DNA from: an uncultured Aminicenantes bacterium
Lineage (GTDB): Bacteria > Acidobacteriota > Aminicenantia > UBA2199
Length of the DNA stretch: 64,000 nt
Direction of reading: 5' to 3'
Assembly: GCA_965195285.1 (NCBI GenBank)
Contig: CBDAFS010000031.1
Location: forward strand, 83,912 to 147,911
Part shown: piece after piece, positions 10,696 to 18,395 of the stretch
Position numbering within the stretch: position 1 is the first letter of the stretch
How the letters are laid out: each line of letters starts with the position of its first letter
Program-made: the position numbers and the translations under genes
Notes under the pieces: generated by a model
Seen by the model: only the letters and a program-made list of their open reading frames with translations
Databases searched by the model: none
What the model was told of the DNA's origin: nothing

Positions 10696-10768
10696 AACCG
10701 AATACTGATCGATTCCCGATTAAATCAATGCTCTTGCTTTTTAAAACCCAGTAAAGTAAAATTTCTAT

Positions 10769-11875
10769 ATGAAAGATTACTACCGGATCCTGGGTATCAA
10801 CCAGAAGGCACCCCTTTCCGAGATAAAGAAATCCTATAGAAAACTGGCCCGTAAATATCATCCTGATCTGAATCCGGGAGATGAAAATGCCGAAAAGAAT
10901 TTTAAAGAAATCACCGAGGCTTATGAAGTATTGAAGGACCCCAAAAAGCGGAAACAATACGATATCTTCGGTTCAGTAAAGGGAGATTTCAGAAATGACC
11001 GGGGGTTTTCGAATTTTGAAGGTTTTGATTTCACTTCACCGGGGGGCGCTTCTTTTGGAGATATATTTGAAACCATTTTTGGCGGGGCTGGAGGTTTCCA
11101 AGCTCAGCAAAAGGCCAGAAAAAACCGGCCACAGAGAGGCGAAGACCTTAATTATTCGATGAATTTAAGTTTTTTAGATGCGGCCAGGGGTATTGAGACC
11201 CCCATTCAGATAGTCAGAAAAGAGACCTGTGCCGCCTGCAAAGGCAAAGGAATTCAATCGGATTCGTCTAAAAAAACTTGTTCGGTATGCAAGGGAAGTG
11301 GTCGAATCCAGAAGCAGACCGGTTTTATGAAGTTTGCCTCGCTCTGTACCCATTGTGGGGGGAGCGGGATTTTACCAGGTGATACCTGTACTTCCTGTCG
11401 GGGTGAAGGCAGGATTGAAAAAGTCGCCCGGATCAAGGTGAAAATTCCTCCCGGAGTTGATAATCACTCAAGGGTGAGAATCAACGGAAAGGGCAATACC
11501 GGAAAATTCGGAGGTCCGGGTGGTGATTTGATCATTACCATTCAGGTGACACCGCATCCGTTTTTCAAACGGGATGGCCGTCATTTGGAAATTGAATTAC
11601 CTGTAACCTATGCGGAAGCTGCATTGGGAGCGAAAATCGAAGTCCCCACCCTGGACGGTTATTCGGTATTGAAAGTCCCACCCTCCATTCAATCGGGTGT
11701 TAAATTGAGATTAAAAGCCAAGGGTATCCTGAATCCAAAAACCAAAAGCATGGGAGATATGATTGTCAGGATTAAAATTATTCCACCCTCTATTAAAGAT
11801 TTGGAGGTCAGGGATTTGCTCAAGAAGATCGAAAAAATTGCGCCTTATAACCCGAGAGAGGGGCTGGGTAAATGA
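10769..11875 (+). CDS. dnaJ: molecular chaperone DnaJ (type I, with zinc finger)
   Basis: J-domain with HPD (YHPDLNPGD), a G/F-rich linker, and four CxxCxGxG repeats (CAACKGKG, CSVCKGSG, CTHCGGSG, CTSCRGEG). Confidence 0.9.
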   Translation: MKDYYRILGINQKAPLSEIKKSYRKLARKYHPDLNPGDENAEKNFKEITEAYEVLKDPKKRKQYDIFGSVKGDFRNDRGFSNFEGFDFTSPGGASFGDIFETIFGGAGGFQAQQKARKNRPQRGEDLNYSMNLSFLDAARGIETPIQIVRKETCAACKGKGIQSDSSKKTCSVCKGSGRIQKQTGFMKFASLCTHCGGSGILPGDTCTSCRGEGRIEKVARIKVKIPPGVDNHSRVRINGKGNTGKFGGPGGDLIITIQVTPHPFFKRDGRHLEIELPVTYAEAALGAKIEVPTLDGYSVLKVPPSIQSGVKLRLKAKGILNPKTKSMGDMIVRIKIIPPSIKDLEVRDLLKKIEKIAPYNPREGLGK

Positions 11876-12258
11876 AGGAAAAAACCTATTTGATATCGGC
11901 AGTGGCTTCTAAATATAATATCCATCCCCAAACCCTGCGTCTGTATGAGCGGGAGGGATTGTTGATTCCCAGCCGGACCAAAGGAAATACCCGGGTATAC
12001 AAAGAGGAGGATTTAAAAAAACTGGAATTTATATTGAATCTGTCCAGGGATATGGGTGTGAATCTGGCCGGAATCGAAATCATTCTCAATATGAAGGAAA
12101 AAATGGAGTCCATGCAAGAGGAGTTTTCAAAGTTCCTCGAGGAACTCAAGAGGGAATTCGAAGATAAAGAAGCCCTGTTTGAAGAAAAGAAAAATTCCAT
12201 CGTAAAGTTTTCACCCTCAAAGGTTACGATTTTCAGAAATGACAAAAAACAATCCTAG
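11872..12258 (+). CDS. hspR: MerR-family heat-shock repressor HspR
   Basis: 128 aa. N-terminal MerR HTH (YLISAVASKYNIHPQTLRLYEREGLL) and C-terminal coiled coil. ATGA overlap with dnaJ, the classic dnaJ-hspR arrangement. Confidence 0.7.
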   Translation: MKEKTYLISAVASKYNIHPQTLRLYEREGLLIPSRTKGNTRVYKEEDLKKLEFILNLSRDMGVNLAGIEIILNMKEKMESMQEEFSKFLEELKREFEDKEALFEEKKNSIVKFSPSKVTIFRNDKKQS

Positions 12259-13087
12259 GGAATCCCTGAATTCCCTGAACCTATATTTCCAAAAGATCAA
12301 GGGTATATCGATTTTAAATCCGGTTGAGGAAAAGGAATTGATTAAAAAAGCCAAGCAGGGGGATGAGGAGGCTTTTCAAAAAATCATCATTGCCAATCAA
12401 AAATTGGTGGTGAAGGAAGCTTTAAAATATTACTTCAAAGAGGATAATCTGCTGGACCTGATCAATGAGGGCAATAAAGGATTAATCGAGGCCTTGAAGC
12501 GGTTTGATGTTACCAGGGATAATCGTTTTTATACCTATGCCCTGTGGTGGGTCAGGAGTGAGATTAGACGATATCTGTCCAAGAATCAGAATATTATTTC
12601 TTTCCCGGATATTTTTTATAATGATTATCTCAATTTTAAAAAAGCTTATTTCAAATTGAGCAAAATTTTAAACCGGAAGCCCAGCGAGAGTGAATTGGCA
12701 GAACATCTGGATATCCCTGAAAAAAAAGTGAAGGTCATGCTTTCGGTCCCGAATGAAATCGTTTCTCTTGATGTAGGGATCGCCGATGGCCGGTTTCCCA
12801 ACCTGGCATCCTTTCTCCCGGATGATTCGGCTGATGATCCCCAGAAAATCATGCTGGGAATTTCAATGAAGAATGTCATCCGCGATGATGTTGAGGAATT
12901 AACCGAAAAGGAAGCCCGGGTAATCAAGATGAGATTTGGTTTTAACACGGAAGAACCCATGAAATTGAGGGAAATTGCCAAAATCATGAAAATGAGCCCG
13001 GAGGGAGTGCGAAGAATTGAAATGAAGGCCCTGTCCAAATTGAAAAGAAAACTGATCAAGAAAGGAATTTATGGAGTTTTGAATTGA
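12239..13087 (+). CDS. RNA polymerase sigma factor, sigma-70 family group 3 (regions 2-4; FliA/SigB/RpoH-like size, no RpoH box)
   Basis: Region 2 DLINEGNKGLIEALKRFD and YTYALWWVRSEIRRYL; region 4.2 HTH LREIAKIMKMSPEGVRRIEMKALSKLK. 282 aa. Confidence 0.8.
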   Translation: MTKNNPRESLNSLNLYFQKIKGISILNPVEEKELIKKAKQGDEEAFQKIIIANQKLVVKEALKYYFKEDNLLDLINEGNKGLIEALKRFDVTRDNRFYTYALWWVRSEIRRYLSKNQNIISFPDIFYNDYLNFKKAYFKLSKILNRKPSESELAEHLDIPEKKVKVMLSVPNEIVSLDVGIADGRFPNLASFLPDDSADDPQKIMLGISMKNVIRDDVEELTEKEARVIKMRFGFNTEEPMKLREIAKIMKMSPEGVRRIEMKALSKLKRKLIKKGIYGVLN

Positions 13088-13788
13088 GCCAGAAATTGTG
13101 TACAAAATGTAATGGAACCGGTTGGATCATAAAGAACAGGAAGGGCCAGGAATTTGCCATCCGGTGTGAATGCCAGGTCGAGGATTTGGTGCTGAATAAG
13201 TGCCAGTCGGCCAATATTCCCCAGAGATTTCTGGGAGCGGAATTGAAGGGTTATCAACTGGATCCTCAAAAACCTTCTCAGAAACGGGCCAAAAATACCG
13301 TTGGAAAATTTATTCAGGATTATCCGGCTGTGGAAAAGGGTTTGTTGTTGCAGGGTTCCATTGGCCTGGGCAAAACCAGGCTTCTCTGTTCTATAGGCTT
13401 TGAGCTGATAAAAAAAATGGATGTTGATGTGTACTATATTGACTGGAATGACCTGGTCAGGGAGATGAAAACCGGGGAAGATCATGCCAGCAGGGATTTT
13501 CAGGCTATTAATCAATTAATGAACCGTTTGATTGCGGTTGAATTGCTTTTATTCGATGAGCTGGGGGCTTCCAAAGTCAGCCCCTGGGTAAATGACAATA
13601 TTTACTATGTGTTCAACAAGCGTTACAACCTGAAAAAAACGACGGTGTGTGCAACCAATTTTTATGATGATCCGTCCGATGGAAAAGAATCACTGACCCA
13701 GCGAATCGGTGATCGAATCAGAAGCCGGTTGTATGAAATGGCCCGGGTTATTGAAATCAATGGAATTGATTACAGACTAAATTACTAA
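13084..13788 (+). CDS. DnaC/IstB-family AAA+ ATPase with N-terminal zinc ribbon
   Basis: N-terminal CTKCNGTG...CEC; Walker A GSIGLGKTRL; Walker B LLLFDELG. C-terminal VFNKRYNLKKTTVCATNF...RIRSRLYEM follows the DnaC/IstB pattern. ATGA overlap with the sigma gene. Confidence 0.6.
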   Translation: MSQKLCTKCNGTGWIIKNRKGQEFAIRCECQVEDLVLNKCQSANIPQRFLGAELKGYQLDPQKPSQKRAKNTVGKFIQDYPAVEKGLLLQGSIGLGKTRLLCSIGFELIKKMDVDVYYIDWNDLVREMKTGEDHASRDFQAINQLMNRLIAVELLLFDELGASKVSPWVNDNIYYVFNKRYNLKKTTVCATNFYDDPSDGKESLTQRIGDRIRSRLYEMARVIEINGIDYRLNY

Positions 13789-13800
13789 GAGGAGATTAAT

Positions 13801-14790
13801 ATGGATCCGGATATCACCTTCATCAATGAAAAAGTGAAAGAGGAAAGTGAAATTGTTGAAAGGATATTGTCAGAAATGGGAAAGACAATTGTTGGCCAGA
13901 GAATCTTGCTGGAAAGGATGATGATTGCCCTGGTCACTTCCGGACACATTCTTCTGGAAGGTGTTCCGGGCCTGGCCAAAACCCTGTCCATTAAAACCCT
14001 TTCCCAGGTACTGGATTTGAATTTCAGCCGGATTCAGTTTACTCCAGATTTATTGCCTGCCGATTTGACCGGAACCCTGGTTTTTAACCCCAAGACATCT
14101 GATTTCTATACCCGAAAGGGGCCGTTATTCACCAATCTCCTCCTGGCTGATGAAATCAACCGAGCCCCGGCAAAGGTGCAGAGTGCGCTGCTTGAGGCCA
14201 TGCAAGAGTTGCAGGTGACCATCGGAGAGAAGAGTCATGAAATTGAGAAACCCTTTCTGGTGATGGCTACCCAGAACCCGATCGAACAAGAGGGGACCTA
14301 TCCGTTGCCGGAAGCTCAGATAGACCGTTTTTTATTGAAGATAAAGGTGACATATCCGTCCAAAGAAGAGGAAAAGGATATCGTCACGAAAATGGCCGGA
14401 TCAGAACCCCAGCCGGTCCAGACCATTTGTTCCAAGGATGAAGTCTTCAGAATGAATCAATCCTATAAAATGGTTTATATGGATGAGCGCATCAAGGATT
14501 ACATCATTAATCTGGTTTTTGCTACCCGGTTTCCGGAGGAGGCCGGGCTGGAAAAATTGAAAAACCTGATTCAATTCGGGGCTTCGCCCAGGGCATCCAT
14601 TTATTTAACTGAAACATCCAGGGCGCTGGCATTTATCAAGCGGCGGGGATACGTGACCCCGGAAGATGTCAAAACCATTGGAATGGATGTGTTGAGGCAT
14701 CGCATTATTCTTTCTTATGAAGCTGAGGCCGAAGAAATGACCACCGATGACATTATAACCGAAATTTTCAATAATATTGTTGTGCCCTGA
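13801..14790 (+). CDS. MoxR-family AAA+ ATPase
   Basis: AAA_3-type Walker A LLEGVPGLAKT, Walker B LLLADEINRAP, sensor region FLVMATQNPIEQEGTYPLPEAQIDRF. Confidence 0.85.
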   Translation: MDPDITFINEKVKEESEIVERILSEMGKTIVGQRILLERMMIALVTSGHILLEGVPGLAKTLSIKTLSQVLDLNFSRIQFTPDLLPADLTGTLVFNPKTSDFYTRKGPLFTNLLLADEINRAPAKVQSALLEAMQELQVTIGEKSHEIEKPFLVMATQNPIEQEGTYPLPEAQIDRFLLKIKVTYPSKEEEKDIVTKMAGSEPQPVQTICSKDEVFRMNQSYKMVYMDERIKDYIINLVFATRFPEEAGLEKLKNLIQFGASPRASIYLTETSRALAFIKRRGYVTPEDVKTIGMDVLRHRIILSYEAEAEEMTTDDIITEIFNNIVVP

Positions 14791-14806
14791 ACCAAGCCGG
14801 ATACCA

Positions 14807-15238
14807 ATGGGGAAAAAAAAGAAACGAATACTTCAGAAGATCAATCCGGAAAAGTCCAACAAGATGATTTATGCAGTGGGTATCGGACTGGTGATCATTT
14901 TTACGGTTTTCTTCATTTTAATTAGCAGAGGAACCGATCCGGAAAATAAAAAGGAATTGCTTTCTGGGGTTTTGAGGTACTTAACCAAAACCCAGGGTAT
15001 AATCGATTTGGTGATATTACCTGAAAAGAACAATGTCCAAATCCGATATGACGGTCTGGACCGTAAAGATTTTTTTAAAATCACCACCTATGCCGGTATC
15101 AAGCTTTCTTTGGAATTGAAGGGTGAAAAAATAAAGGTGGAACTCTTTCGAGACAATGAAAAACGGCCGGTCTATACGATTTTTTTAAAGAACGGAACCA
15201 TTTTGAAAGAGGAGAGATCCATTCCGGCTGGGCAGTGA
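14807..15238 (+). CDS. single-pass membrane protein, unknown function
   Basis: Likely start MGKKKKR at 14807. TM helice IYAVGIGLVIIFTVFFILI followed by a beta-rich extracytoplasmic domain. Overlaps the MoxR stop. Confidence 0.45.
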   Translation: MGKKKKRILQKINPEKSNKMIYAVGIGLVIIFTVFFILISRGTDPENKKELLSGVLRYLTKTQGIIDLVILPEKNNVQIRYDGLDRKDFFKITTYAGIKLSLELKGEKIKVELFRDNEKRPVYTIFLKNGTILKEERSIPAGQ

Positions 15239-15277
15239 TCCCTGACCGGCTGGGGGTTCGGAAGTCCCGAATCACCA

Positions 15278-15306
15278 CTTGAGTGTAGCGAATCGAAACA
15301 CTCAAG
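15278..15306. promoter_or_regulatory. HAIR-like inverted repeat CTTGAGTGT-N11-ACACTCAAG (HspR operator half-sites with extended spacer)
   Basis: The arms contain exactly CTTGAGT / ACTCAAG, the half-sites of the HspR-associated inverted repeat. They are separated by 15 nt instead of the canonical 7, giving a 9-bp perfect stem. There is no downstream T-tract, so a terminator role is less likely. Confidence 0.4.
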
Positions 15307-15438
15307 ATACAACTTTAAGCTTCTGAGTTGTTGCCTTTTGCCAATTTATTGTCCTCGAGTGTATCAAAATGGAACAATTTGATCAGTTATCGATAGAGCA
15401 GTAATAAAAGTAACGTTGACCTGATTTACGGATTTGGC

Positions 15439-15455
15439 TGTAGCGATTTGCTACA
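15439..15455. promoter_or_regulatory. inverted repeat TGTAGC-N5-GCTACA, candidate enhancer-binding-protein UAS
   Basis: 6-bp perfect arms, about 87 bp upstream of the -24 GG. Shares TGTAGCGAWT with the loop of the HAIR-like repeat. Confidence 0.3.
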
Positions 15456-15532
15456 CTTACATGATAATTGAAAATATAATCTGTTTCTGAAAAGCCTTTC
15501 CGGATAAGAAATTCCCTTCCTATTGCTTTTTT

Positions 15533-15548
15533 TGGAAAATAAATTGCT
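15533..15548 (+). promoter_or_regulatory. weak sigma54-type -24/-12 element TGGaaaataaaTTGCt
   Basis: GG and TTGC have the correct 8-nt separation; about 90 nt upstream of the SD/ATG at 15689. A sigma70 alternative, TTGGAA-N18-TATTAT, overlaps it. Confidence 0.3.
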
Positions 15549-15688
15549 TGCTATTTATTATACGATTGCCTGAAATATTGTAAATCTGCTTGGTAGGAAT
15601 TGGATATAAATTAATTTGATAACCGGAGGGTAAAATTATGCAGAAAGCAATGTTAAATCCAATAAAAATATCAAAAAGGAGAAATCAG

Positions 15689-16342
15689 ATGAAAAAAAAG
15701 GTTTTAAAACCGATTTTGGTTGTTTTGCTGGCGGTCTTTATTTTATCCGCCTGGTCAGGTCAGGCGTATGCCAGACTGGTTTATAATCAGGTTGATGGCT
15801 GCTTCGATGATACGGGCCGGCAGGCCATTCGAACTCACATTATTGAAGCGGCAGGCTATTTTCTGAAAGCCTATTCGGAGATTCTGGCCTTATCGGATCG
15901 TATCGAAATGTCGGATTTGAGCGGTATTGATTACTTTGAATCCCGGTTATTGGTTGACCAGGCGATTTTCAACCTGGAGAATGCCAGGGAGAAATATCTG
16001 ATTCTGACTCAAATTGCAGCCAACACTCCTTATAACCCGGGAGTGATCAACAATTTGCTCATTTTCAATTATCGGGAATTCAGAGATAATCAACAGTTAA
16101 AGGGGTTACAGTTTGATCAGGTCAAAAGTTTCCTGATGAATGGCGATGTCCGGGGGATATTTGATAAAGCGCTGGCCGATGTGGAAAATATCCTGGAAAG
16201 GCTGGACCGGGTAAAAATTGCCATTTATTCCCTTTCATTGCCTGAGATGTCAGATATTTGGGAATTGAACCGGCTGTGCTCCGAATTCATGATGTTCGGG
16301 CAATATTCAGCCAGAATCTTTTATCGGGTCACTGGAAAATAA
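15689..16342 (+). CDS. secreted alpha-helical protein, unknown function
   Basis: AAGGAG sits 8 nt upstream of the ATG at 15689. Signal peptide MKKKVLKPILVVLLAVFILSAWSGQAYA. No recognisable domain. Confidence 0.55.
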   Translation: MKKKVLKPILVVLLAVFILSAWSGQAYARLVYNQVDGCFDDTGRQAIRTHIIEAAGYFLKAYSEILALSDRIEMSDLSGIDYFESRLLVDQAIFNLENAREKYLILTQIAANTPYNPGVINNLLIFNYREFRDNQQLKGLQFDQVKSFLMNGDVRGIFDKALADVENILERLDRVKIAIYSLSLPEMSDIWELNRLCSEFMMFGQYSARIFYRVTGK

Positions 16343-16367
16343 TGTAAAATTGGTTTACTATTAAACG

Positions 16368-17705
16368 GTGAAAACTTTATACACCGTTTTTTTATTGGAA
16401 CTCAGGAGGGTATTCAGTAAGCGAAATATTGTCATTTTAATCTTATTCCTGATGCTATGCCTGTATTTTGTTCAGGTAGGTATTCAGCACTACCGGACCA
16501 TCATTGATAACAAGGAGAAATTCCTGGAGACCGAACGCTTAAAAACCGATCTTTATATCACTTATTCCATGTATGCCGCTTATGGTTTTAGGCTTCAGTT
16601 TGTCCCCTCTCCTCTGAGTGTTTTGTTTGTTAATTCAACGGTAATATCAGAACTCTCATCCAATGTGGATGTGGCCAGTCTGTTGAATATATACAAATCT
16701 TACAAGGGCAGGGTCCTGTTTGCTGAAAAGTCCGGGGGATTTAAAGATTTTTCCGGAATCATTCTCCTGTTTGGCACCATGATAGTGCTCTATCTGGGGT
16801 TTGAAACCTTCCTGAATAAAGACTATATTCGTTTTATATCCAGTTTTATTCAACCCAAAAAGTTGTTTTATTCCATTGTCGGGTCCCGATTGTTGTTGCT
16901 TGTACTGTACTTTTTTTTCATGACCATCAGCTCGATTATTTTACTCGGGATAAACGGGATTCAGCTTTTGAAAAATGAATTCAGTCATCTCTATTATTAT
17001 TTGCTGGTCATGGCCATAATGCTGGTTTTCTTTTTCATATTGGGTTTGGTTTCCGGAACCATAAAATCTCGATTTGCCGGATTTATCATGGTGATTTCGG
17101 TATGGTTTATTTTTGTTTTTTTGATCCCCGGGGTCATTCAGTCCCTTATTGCCACCAGTGCAGAAAATATCACCTCCGGTTATGATCTGGAATTGAAAAA
17201 ACTTCAGGCCCATATGGGTTTTGAAAAAAGAGCCATGGAGCAGGAAGGGGTTTTGCAGGATTCCCGAAAAAACACCCAGTCTGAAAGGGATATAATGGAG
17301 AGCTATTGGAAAAATGAATTGAAAAAAATTCAAAGCCTGGAAAAAAACATGGAAAACGATATGAGAAAGAATATCAGGAATTTTCAAAGAATGTCCCTGA
17401 TTGTTCCCTCCAGTTTTTATATATCGGTAAGCAATGAAATCAGCAGTCGGGGCTACAAGAATTTTGTTAATTTTTTCAGTTATTTGCAGAAGCTGAAGGA
17501 GGGATTTATTCGGTTTTACATTGATAAGCGCTTCTATTCCAATTTTTCAAAGGTTGAGTTGTATATCAAAGGCGAAGAAAATATTTATTATTCCAGAAAT
17601 CTCCTGCCGGATTTTTTTATATGGGGCGTGTGTTTAACCCTGCTTTACATCATGTCATTATTTATTTTTGCTTATTATCGGTTTAAAGGGTCTCTGGTGA
17701 TATGA
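16368..17705 (+). CDS. ABC-2-type permease-like polytopic membrane protein with long C-terminal cytoplasmic extension
   Basis: Six predicted TMs with the ABC-2 topology (TM1, large loop, five clustered TMs), an extension of about 190 aa rich in K/E, and a final TM. GTG start. Confidence 0.55.
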   Translation: MKTLYTVFLLELRRVFSKRNIVILILFLMLCLYFVQVGIQHYRTIIDNKEKFLETERLKTDLYITYSMYAAYGFRLQFVPSPLSVLFVNSTVISELSSNVDVASLLNIYKSYKGRVLFAEKSGGFKDFSGIILLFGTMIVLYLGFETFLNKDYIRFISSFIQPKKLFYSIVGSRLLLLVLYFFFMTISSIILLGINGIQLLKNEFSHLYYYLLVMAIMLVFFFILGLVSGTIKSRFAGFIMVISVWFIFVFLIPGVIQSLIATSAENITSGYDLELKKLQAHMGFEKRAMEQEGVLQDSRKNTQSERDIMESYWKNELKKIQSLEKNMENDMRKNIRNFQRMSLIVPSSFYISVSNEISSRGYKNFVNFFSYLQKLKEGFIRFYIDKRFYSNFSKVELYIKGEENIYYSRNLLPDFFIWGVCLTLLYIMSLFIFAYYRFKGSLVI

Positions 17706-18394
17706 TCAGGATTGACAATCTGTTTTTAAAAAAGAAAATTCCCGAAATCAGTGATCTCAGTCTACAGGTGAAAGCCGGGGAAACGTTTGTATTGTTGTCC
17801 TCCGGTGAAAGGGTCAGCAACCATCTGATTAATATTTTTACCGGAAGGGAACGAGATTTTTCCGGGACTGTGAAGGTTGATCAACAAAATATATTAAATG
17901 ATCTGAAAGAACTCAGAAAAAACCTGGTTTATATAGGTAAGGAAAGCGACTGGCCTCCGGTGATCAGAATCAAAGATATCATGGGCTTTCTGAGGAGGAT
18001 TACCCGCATTTCAGAGGAAGAGTACGAGGAATTCAAAATAAAAATGAATCTTGATCAATTGAACCGCTACCGGATCAATGACCTGGAAGAGGTGGAAAAA
18101 CGTCGATTGTTGTTTTCAATTGTTCAGCTGGGCAAAAGCAACAATTTTGTAATCCATGACCTGGCCAAGGGTATGCCCATTGATTTTATCCTGGAATTCA
18201 AGGAAAATATTCGCCAGTTGAAACAAAACGGCTGTTCAATACTCTATATCAGCGATGATGTTTTTTTTGCTCCTGAGATCGGGGATCGCATTGGATTTTT
18301 GAAAAAAGGCAAGCTGTTACTGGAGCTAAAAGGAAGAAAAGTAAAACGGATGGACCTGAAGGAACTGTATTTCAGGTTTCTGGCCGAAGAATAA
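17702..18394 (+). CDS. ABC-transporter nucleotide-binding-domain-like protein with degenerate catalytic motifs
   Basis: NBD-like order: beta strand IDNL...LSLQVKAGETFVLL, then LSSGERVSN where Walker A should be (no GxxGxGKS/T); signature region EEVEKRRLLFSIVQL in place of LSGGQKQR; Walker B VIHDLAKG (Asp kept, catalytic Glu lost); H-loop His absent. ATGA overlap with the upstream gene. Confidence 0.55.
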   Translation: MIRIDNLFLKKKIPEISDLSLQVKAGETFVLLSSGERVSNHLINIFTGRERDFSGTVKVDQQNILNDLKELRKNLVYIGKESDWPPVIRIKDIMGFLRRITRISEEEYEEFKIKMNLDQLNRYRINDLEEVEKRRLLFSIVQLGKSNNFVIHDLAKGMPIDFILEFKENIRQLKQNGCSILYISDDVFFAPEIGDRIGFLKKGKLLLELKGRKVKRMDLKELYFRFLAEE

Positions 18395-18395
18395 G

